Shown one piece after another: positions 57,851-64,000 of a DNA stretch of 64,000 nt. A model generated the notes under the pieces. That model saw only the letters and a program-made list of their open reading frames with translations. It ran no database searches and was not told the origin of the DNA. The stretch spans positions 2,656,001 to 2,720,000 of the forward strand of contig OZ245006.1 of assembly GCA_965223545.1 (NCBI GenBank), read 5' to 3'. The DNA comes from Planctomycetota bacterium (GTDB lineage Bacteria; Planctomycetota; UBA1135; UBA2386). The translations under genes were made by a program, and so were the position numbers. Every line of letters starts with the position of its first letter. The first letter of the stretch is position 1.

Positions 57851-59203
57851 TCAGCGGCTTCCCACCCGCGCTTCGAGCGTGTGCTCCTCCTCGCCCCGTT
57901 GCACGACGACCTGCACTGGCGCGCCGACGGTCAGCGAAGACAGCACCTGCATGTAGCTCTCCATGTCGAGCACCGCGCGCCCGTCGAGCTCGACGATCAC
58001 GTCGCCCGCGCGGATGCCCGCCGCCGCCGCGGCACCGCCTCCGGTCACCATCTCGACCTGCACCCCATCGACATCGGCCTCGTAGGCCGGCATGAAGCCG
58101 AGCGCCGGCCGGCCGCCGGCCGGGCGACCAGCCGGTGCCGGGGCCGCCGACGCGGCGGCCTCCGGCGCGGAGGGCTGCGAGGTCGGAGCCTCCTCGGGCG
58201 CGGCCGGGGCGGTCTCTTCGGCCACAGCGACGGTCTCGTCTGCCGGCCGTACCGCGCCGGCGCCGGCTGCGCTCGAGGCGCGGGCGACCGGCGCCCGCAT
58301 CGTCACCGGCGGCACCGCCAAGACGAAGTCGGCCGGCGGATCCTCCAGGCCGACAGCCTCGGCGCGGGGGTCGGGCATCGCCTGCATGCTCATGCTGGCG
58401 ATGCGCAGCCCGGCGTCGCGCTGACGCACCCGCGCCAGGGTTCCGAGCCCGTGGTCGGAGTGGAACTTGCCACACAGGTGGACGACCAGCGGCCGCTCGC
58501 CGCCGTGCGCGTGGATCGCGCGCACGATGGACTCGGCCATCGTGTCGTCCTTCATGCACTGCGATTGGTAGTAGCGGTACAGCTTGGCCTCCGCTTCGGC
58601 CTGGGCGTCGGCATCGTTCTCGTCGACATCATCGTCGACTCCCATGTGCCCGCGCATCGCCTCGGCGAAGCGCTCGAAGTACGCATCGCGCGGCGCGGCA
58701 CTCTCGCGCGCCACGTGCGGGCTGCCGAGCACGCCGTCGGGCCCCTCCTTCGCCACCTGCGCCGCCATCTTCCGCGGCATGTTGGCCGCCACCACCGGCA
58801 GGCCGTGGGCGCGCGCGTACTCGACCACGCCGCGATAGTGATCGCGGTATCGCGGCCACGGCCGGCTGTCGGCCAAGAACTGCTCCTCGTCGATCTCCCC
58901 CGCGAGATAGGCGTCGAGGACCGGCTGGACATCCCGTTCGAACATCTCCATCGACACGATCAGCGCGGGCCGCCGGGCGTGCAGCAGCCGCACCAGCTCG
59001 AGCTGCGCCGCGTGCCCGGCATCGCTGGCGTGGTTCTCGCCGAGAAACACGACGTCGGCGGCGGCGAGCGCCTCGGCGGCGCGCGCGGTCTCGACCGCGG
59101 CGCCGGTCGAGGTGTCCACCATCACCGCGGTGCTGGCGCAGCTGCCCAGCCCGAACAACATCACGACGGCGCAGAGCCGGGCCCACGGGCGAGAGTCGCT
59201 CAT
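57851..59203 (-). CDS. ChaN family lipoprotein with C-terminal PDZ domain
   Basis: Lipobox GLGS|C; VVFLGENH, SMEMFERD.Q, Q..KDDTMAESI, GKFH; PDZ ALGFMP...AAAAGIRAGDVIV. Confidence 0.88.
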   Translation of the reverse strand: MSDSRPWARLCAVVMLFGLGSCASTAVMVDTSTGAAVETARAAEALAAADVVFLGENHASDAGHAAQLELVRLLHARRPALIVSMEMFERDVQPVLDAYLAGEIDEEQFLADSRPWPRYRDHYRGVVEYARAHGLPVVAANMPRKMAAQVAKEGPDGVLGSPHVARESAAPRDAYFERFAEAMRGHMGVDDDVDENDADAQAEAEAKLYRYYQSQCMKDDTMAESIVRAIHAHGGERPLVVHLCGKFHSDHGLGTLARVRQRDAGLRIASMSMQAMPDPRAEAVGLEDPPADFVLAVPPVTMRAPVARASSAAGAGAVRPADETVAVAEETAPAAPEEAPTSQPSAPEAAASAAPAPAGRPAGGRPALGFMPAYEADVDGVQVEMVTGGGAAAAAGIRAGDVIVELDGRAVLDMESYMQVLSSLTVGAPVQVVVQRGEEEHTLEARVGSR

Positions 59204-59305
59204 CGGGCCCACACAACCCCACAGCGGCCGGAAATGCAAGCCGGGGGCCGGCCGCCGCGCGTCTGACTGGATCCGGGCCGGGCTCCGGCCAGAATGGACC
59301 CGGCC

Positions 59306-60085
59306 ATGAAGATCGCGACCTGGAACGTCAACTCGGTGCGCGCGCGCATGCGCCTGCTCGTCGACTGGCTGCGCGAGCACGAGCCCGACGTGCTGCTGCT
59401 GCAGGAGACCAAGGTCGAGGACGCCGAGTTCCCGCACGAGTTGCTTGAGGACGAGGGCTACAACATCGAGATCTTCGGCGAGAAGACCTACAACGGCGTC
59501 GCGGTCCTGGCGCAGTGGGAGATCGAGGACGTCGTGCGCGGGCTGCCCGGCGACCCGCCCGACGGCGACCGGCGCGTGCTCGGCTGCCGCGTCCGCGACT
59601 TCTCCCTGCTCAATCTGTACGTGCCCAACGGGCACTCGCTCGACAGCGACAAGTACACCTACAAGCTGGACTGGCTGGCGCGCTTGGCGGCGATGGTCGG
59701 CGAGCGCTACTCGATGGACGACAGGGTCGTCCTCGCCGGCGACTTCAACATCACCTTCGACGATCGCGACGTGTGGGACCCCGCCGGCATGCACGAGGCG
59801 ATCCACTGCTCGACGCCGGAACGGCGCGCCCTGGCCGACGTCATGGCGGTTGGCCTGACCGACGGTCTGCGGCGATTCCACGAGGAACCGGGAATCTATA
59901 CGTGGTGGCATCACCGCGGCGCTGGCCTACAGCGCAACCACGGGATGCGCATCGATCACGTGTTGTTGAGCCCGAAAGCCCTCGAGGGGTGCACCGGCAT
60001 CGAGGTCGACGTCGACGCCCGCCGCGCCCCCAACCCGAGCGATCACGCGCCGGTGATCGCCACCTTCGAGGAACCCGGCTCGTGA
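59306..60085 (+). CDS. xth: Exodeoxyribonuclease III
   Basis: MKIATWNVNS, LQETK, YNGVA, YVPNG, GDFN, YTWW, RIDH, SDHAPV. Confidence 0.96.
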   Translation: MKIATWNVNSVRARMRLLVDWLREHEPDVLLLQETKVEDAEFPHELLEDEGYNIEIFGEKTYNGVAVLAQWEIEDVVRGLPGDPPDGDRRVLGCRVRDFSLLNLYVPNGHSLDSDKYTYKLDWLARLAAMVGERYSMDDRVVLAGDFNITFDDRDVWDPAGMHEAIHCSTPERRALADVMAVGLTDGLRRFHEEPGIYTWWHHRGAGLQRNHGMRIDHVLLSPKALEGCTGIEVDVDARRAPNPSDHAPVIATFEEPGS

Positions 60086-61377
60086 ACACCGCCCGACACC
60101 TTCCGCGGCCCGCGCTGCGCGGGCTCGCCTGCATCCTGTGCTGCTGTCTGACCGCGGTCGCGCAGAAGGATCTGCGCGACCGAGTCCTCACCACCAACGG
60201 GGGAGAGGTCCGCGGCCGCGTCCTGCAGCGCTACGCAGCGGACGAGGTCGTCGTCGTGCAGGGGGGCAAGCGAGTGCGCGTGCCCAAGAAGCACGTCACC
60301 GAGATGCGCACGGTGCTGGACAGCCTGCGCGAGTTCTTCGGCCACCGGCATCGCACCACCGGCAACATCGATCGCGAGTGGATGCTGGCGGAGTGGGCGC
60401 AGGCCAACCAGCTGCCGGCGATGGCGCGGCTGCAGGCCATGCACGTCCTCTTGCTCGAGCCCGAGCACGAAGCCGCACACCGGCTGCTCGACCACCGCAA
60501 GCGCGGCAAGCACTGGATGTGGAAGCGGAACTCGAGCTGGATGACCTTGCTCGCCTACGAGGCGAAGACCAGCAGCTTCGGCACGCCGAAGATCCTCGAC
60601 AGCGAGCACTTCGTGGTGCGCACCAACACCGATCTGCGGCGCGCCATCGACGCGCTGTTCGACCTCGAGCGGTTCTACGTCGACTGGTACGACACGTTTG
60701 GCGAGGCGCTGCACCCGCGCGAGATCCTCGAGCCGCTGGAGTTCCACCTGCACGCTTCGGCGGCGTCGTTTCCGGCGTTCACCGTGCTCGGCTTCCCTTA
60801 CTACTTCCCGCACCCCAACGGCAACGTCGCCTACACCTTCTTCGCCGGCGAAGCGCGCCGGCCCGATCTCCTGTTCCAGCTCGCGAGTGAGCAGCTGCTC
60901 TACAACGCGCTCGCCGACGGCATGAGCATCGGCCGCACCAATCCGCGCGACCGACTCGCGGCGTGGGTCGAGATCGGCATGGGCCAGTGGTGCGAGCGCC
61001 GGATGCAGGGCCCGGCAGGCTACGCCGAGCCGGCTCCGGCGGCAGCCGACCGGCAGCACGCCCGCACCGCGCTGCATCGCGAGACCCTGCTGACCAATCT
61101 GCTCGGCCGGCGCTACGGCCAGTTTCACGAGCCCGCCTCCCGCACGCTCGAGCATTGGGCGCTGGCCTCGTCGTTCGTGTCGTTCTTGTTGGACGCGGGC
61201 GCCGGCGCGGAGCGGCGCAAGAAGTTCTTGACCTTCGTGCGCGACGCCTACGCCGGCGGCAAGGGCAGCAGCACGTCACTGCTCGACCGCGCCCTCGGCG
61301 AGAAGCTCGAGGCGATCGAACCGCAGTGGCAGAGCTGGTTGCAAGGCGTCGCGGCCACGCGATCCGACGGCGGCTGA
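60082..61377 (+). CDS. Secreted hypothetical protein, DUF1570/peptidase MA-like but without a clear HExxH
   Basis: GTGA overlap with xth; signal ...TAVA|Q; SEHFVVRTN, AWVEIGMG.WCE, HWALA.SFV.FLL. Confidence 0.6.
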   Translation: MNTARHLPRPALRGLACILCCCLTAVAQKDLRDRVLTTNGGEVRGRVLQRYAADEVVVVQGGKRVRVPKKHVTEMRTVLDSLREFFGHRHRTTGNIDREWMLAEWAQANQLPAMARLQAMHVLLLEPEHEAAHRLLDHRKRGKHWMWKRNSSWMTLLAYEAKTSSFGTPKILDSEHFVVRTNTDLRRAIDALFDLERFYVDWYDTFGEALHPREILEPLEFHLHASAASFPAFTVLGFPYYFPHPNGNVAYTFFAGEARRPDLLFQLASEQLLYNALADGMSIGRTNPRDRLAAWVEIGMGQWCERRMQGPAGYAEPAPAAADRQHARTALHRETLLTNLLGRRYGQFHEPASRTLEHWALASSFVSFLLDAGAGAERRKKFLTFVRDAYAGGKGSSTSLLDRALGEKLEAIEPQWQSWLQGVAATRSDGG

Positions 61378-61444
61378 GAGGGGTGGACCGTCGCGCACCG
61401 AACGCGGTGCAGACGCGGCCGGCGCCAGCTGCCAAGATGGGCGC

Positions 61445-62455
61445 ATGAGCCACTCCGTCACTTTGATCCCCGGCGACGGCATCGGTCCCGAAGTCACCCG
61501 CGCGGCCCGGCGCGTGGTCGACGCCACCGGAGTTTCGATCGACTGGGACGAGCACGAGGCCGGCGGTGACGTCGTCGCCCGCTACGGCACGCCGCTGCCG
61601 CAGCAGACCGTCGACGCGATCACGCGCAGCGGCACGGCTCTCAAGGGACCGATCACGACGCCGGTCGGCTCGGGCTTTCGCTCGGTCAACGTGGCACTGC
61701 GCAAGACCCTCGACCTGTTCGCCAACTTCCGGCCGGCGCGCTCGATCCCGGGCGTCCCGTCGCGCTACGAGGACATCGATCTGATCGTCGTGCGCGAGAA
61801 CACCGAAGGGCTGTACAGCGGCTTGGAGCACATCGTCATCCCGGGCGTCGTCGAGAGCTTGCGCGTCATCACCGAGCGCGGCTCGGAGCGAATCCTGCGG
61901 TTCGCCTTCGACACCGCCCGCCAGCAGGGGCGGCGCAAGGTCACCGCGGTGCACAAAGCGAACATCCTCAAGATGAGCGATGGCTTGTTTCTCGAAGTCG
62001 CCCGCCGGATCGCGCGCGAGTATCCGGACATCGAGTACGAGGAGGCGATCGTCGACGCGACCGCCATGCGGCTCGTGCTGCAACCGGAGAAGTTCGACGT
62101 GCTGGTGATGGAGAACCTGTTCGGCGACATCGTCTCCGATCTGACCAGCGGGCTGGTCGGCGGCCTGGGCATGGCGCCGAGCGCCAACCTCGGCGAGAAG
62201 TACGCCGTGTTCGAAGCCGTGCACGGCTCGGCCCCCGACATCGCCGGCCGCGGCATCGCCAACCCGACCGCGCTGATCCTGACCGCCGCGCTGATGCTGC
62301 GCCACCTCGGCGAGGAGGCCGCCGCCAGCAACATCGAGACCGCGGTGCGTGGGGTGATCACGGCGCGCGAGACCGTGACGGGCGACCTCGGCGGCAGCGC
62401 GAACACACAGCAGTTTGCCGACGCCGTCATCACCGCGGTGGAGCGCGCTTCGTGA
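61445..62455 (+). CDS. Isocitrate/isopropylmalate dehydrogenase family (probably NAD-dependent IDH)
   Basis: IPGDGIGPEV, LKGP.TTP, SVNVALRK, RENTEGLY, HKANI.K..DG.F, NLFGDIVSD, EAVHGSAPDIAG. Confidence 0.92.
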   Translation: MSHSVTLIPGDGIGPEVTRAARRVVDATGVSIDWDEHEAGGDVVARYGTPLPQQTVDAITRSGTALKGPITTPVGSGFRSVNVALRKTLDLFANFRPARSIPGVPSRYEDIDLIVVRENTEGLYSGLEHIVIPGVVESLRVITERGSERILRFAFDTARQQGRRKVTAVHKANILKMSDGLFLEVARRIAREYPDIEYEEAIVDATAMRLVLQPEKFDVLVMENLFGDIVSDLTSGLVGGLGMAPSANLGEKYAVFEAVHGSAPDIAGRGIANPTALILTAALMLRHLGEEAAASNIETAVRGVITARETVTGDLGGSANTQQFADAVITAVERAS

Positions 62456-63003
62456 GCGGCGAACGCAGGGTGGCCAGCGTCGCGCGCATCACCTGTGTCC
62501 GTGGTGACCTGACGGCCGAGTCGACGGACGCCATCGTCAACGCGGCCAACGAGACGTTGCGCGGCGGGGGCGGCGTCGACGGCGCGATCCACGAGGCCGC
62601 CGGACCGGAGCTGCTGGCCGAGTGCGTCCGCCGCTATCCCGACGGCTGCCCCACCGGTGAGGCGCGGATCACGGCGGGCCACCGGCTCGCCGCGGCTTGG
62701 GTGATCCACACGGTCGGCCCGATCTACCGCGACGGCGCGCACGGCGAACCGGAGCTGCTCGCCGCCTGCCACCACAACAGCATCGCGCTCGCCGCCAACC
62801 ACGGGCTGCGCAGCGTGGCGTTTCCCGCGATCTCCGCCGGGGCCTTCGGCTACCCCTGGGCCGATGCGGCGGCGGTGAGTCTGCGCGCCTTGGCCACCGC
62901 GCTCGACGCGCATCCCGGCGTGGCGCAGGTGCGCGTCGTGCTGTTCAACGACGAGCTCCGGTCGATCTACGACGAGGCGCTGGCGCACCTCGCGCGCGGC
63001 TGA
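62452..63003 (+). CDS. Macrodomain protein (O-acetyl-ADP-ribose deacetylase, YmdB-like)
   Basis: GDLT, AIVNAAN..L.GGGGVDGAIH, IHTVGP, AFPAISAGAFGYP. Confidence 0.95.
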   Translation: MSGERRVASVARITCVRGDLTAESTDAIVNAANETLRGGGGVDGAIHEAAGPELLAECVRRYPDGCPTGEARITAGHRLAAAWVIHTVGPIYRDGAHGEPELLAACHHNSIALAANHGLRSVAFPAISAGAFGYPWADAAAVSLRALATALDAHPGVAQVRVVLFNDELRSIYDEALAHLARG

Positions 63004-63019
63004 GCGTGCCAGCCGCGCG

Positions 63020-64000
63020 TCACTGCGCGAGGGTCACGCGCACCGGGTTGCTGGCAAACACCGCCATCGACCCCGACAGCACGACGTAGGCGTGGTCGAT
63101 GTTCAAGCCGACGAGCGCCGGGATGGCGAGGGGCGGCAACGAGAACGCCGCTGAGGCCAGGCCGATCGCGTCGAGGTTGCCGAACGACGCCGTCAACGGC
63201 GGCGTGTTCGGCGCGCTGACCGTTTGGGAAGTGTAGCCGTCGGGGTTGAGCGGCACCGTCACCGCGCCGACGGTGAAGCCGGGAGACGTGCCACTGATCG
63301 AGCCGGCGACGACGTACACCGCGCCGCCATGCGTCGTCCCCGCCGACAGCCTCAGCCCCTGCGTGCCGCCGGTGGCGAGCGAGATGCTGTCGGTGTCACT
63401 CGAGAACGGCACGTCGTCCGCGACGAGCGTGCCGTTGAGCGTGAGCGATCCGCTGCTGCCGGTGGCCGGGTCGGCGAACGAGAACGTGGTCGCGACCGGC
63501 ACCGACAGCCGGATGCCACCGGGCGTCGGCACGAACGTCCCGTTGACCGGCTGCGGCGCGCTCTGCTGGCCGCCGAGCGAGACGGTCTGGACCGAGCCCA
63601 GGGCGTTGATGTTGGCCGTTCCCGCCAACATGGTGGCGACCATCGACGTGCTGAAGGCGCCACCCGCACCGATCGCGAAGGACGCCGGCGCGAGGGTGGC
63701 GGGATCGACCGAGGCGAAGGCCACGCGCGCGCCGCTCACCGTGATCGTCGCCAGCGGCGGCAGGAACGGAAACGGGTTGGGCACGCTGGCCGACAGCGTC
63801 GGCACCACGACCTCCGAGCCGCCGTCGACGAGCTGACCCGTGGTCAGCGCCCCCGCCGCCGCGGTCAGCACCGCGTCGGCTTCGCCCGAGACGTTGAAGG
63901 TCGAGGGGTTGCCGACCAGCGGTCCGGACACGCCTTGATAGGTGACCGATCCCGAGAACGAGAACGAGGACTGCGCCTGGTCGACGACGAACAGGTGCTG
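63020..64000 (-). CDS. Probable exported protein with shared C-terminal domain (5' end outside window)
   Basis: Open to the window edge (QHLFVVDQAQSSFSFSG...); CTD SISLATGGTQGLRLSAG...PLNPDGY...GNLDAIG...HAYVVL...ASNPVRVTLAQ. Confidence 0.8.
   Translation of the reverse strand, partial: QHLFVVDQAQSSFSFSGSVTYQGVSGPLVGNPSTFNVSGEADAVLTAAAGALTTGQLVDGGSEVVVPTLSASVPNPFPFLPPLATITVSGARVAFASVDPATLAPASFAIGAGGAFSTSMVATMLAGTANINALGSVQTVSLGGQQSAPQPVNGTFVPTPGGIRLSVPVATTFSFADPATGSSGSLTLNGTLVADDVPFSSDTDSISLATGGTQGLRLSAGTTHGGAVYVVAGSISGTSPGFTVGAVTVPLNPDGYTSQTVSAPNTPPLTASFGNLDAIGLASAAFSLPPLAIPALVGLNIDHAYVVLSGSMAVFASNPVRVTLAQ

Noticed and set aside
33022..63003. Anti-phage defence island (helicase, nuclease, kinase, phosphoesterase, macrodomain)
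   Set aside because: These genes are dispersed among housekeeping genes, look like ordinary families, and show no operon structure or mobility genes.
1..64000. tRNA, rRNA, transposase or prophage genes
   Set aside because: None recognised; intergenic gaps are short and lack cloverleaf or rRNA signatures, although no covariance search was run.

Overview
A gene-dense, very GC-rich bacterial chromosomal segment with about 50 supportable CDSs and no rRNA, tRNA, CRISPR array or transposase that I can see. A Planctomycetota-type genome is inferred from gene content: ECF sigma/anti-sigma, two BlaI/M56 pairs, a PQQ-like propeller, ELWxxDGT and FG-GAP proteins, and ChaN-PDZ. Housekeeping and repair genes include proS, a POT peptide transporter, a UbiB/ABC1 kinase, peptide deformylase, an Lhr helicase, a stand-alone 5'-3' exonuclease, xth, an isocitrate/isopropylmalate dehydrogenase and a macrodomain. 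Accessory loci include an hcnABC/opine-oxidase-like FAD/Fe-S trio coupled to a BtuF-like protein, an arylsulfotransferase + GT-C pair, and a sigma54 activator divergent from an atypical Ser/Thr kinase. The strongest novel signal is a shared ~110-130 aa C-terminal domain on six otherwise unrelated exported or envelope proteins. It suggests a lineage-specific C-terminal sorting or anchoring system, and most signal peptides here also appear to cleave before Gln. Other signals: a GTAC-footed REP/REPIN-like element placed just after stop codons, micro-duplications spanning stop codons, two distinct BlaI operator palindromes, unusual M56 sensor tails (acidic 14-aa repeats; permuted Wza-like domains), a MarR-type palindrome over a start codon, and a split membrane protein with an Ada-like Zn finger. 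All calls come from reading motifs by eye. No searches were run, and many start codons are my best estimates.
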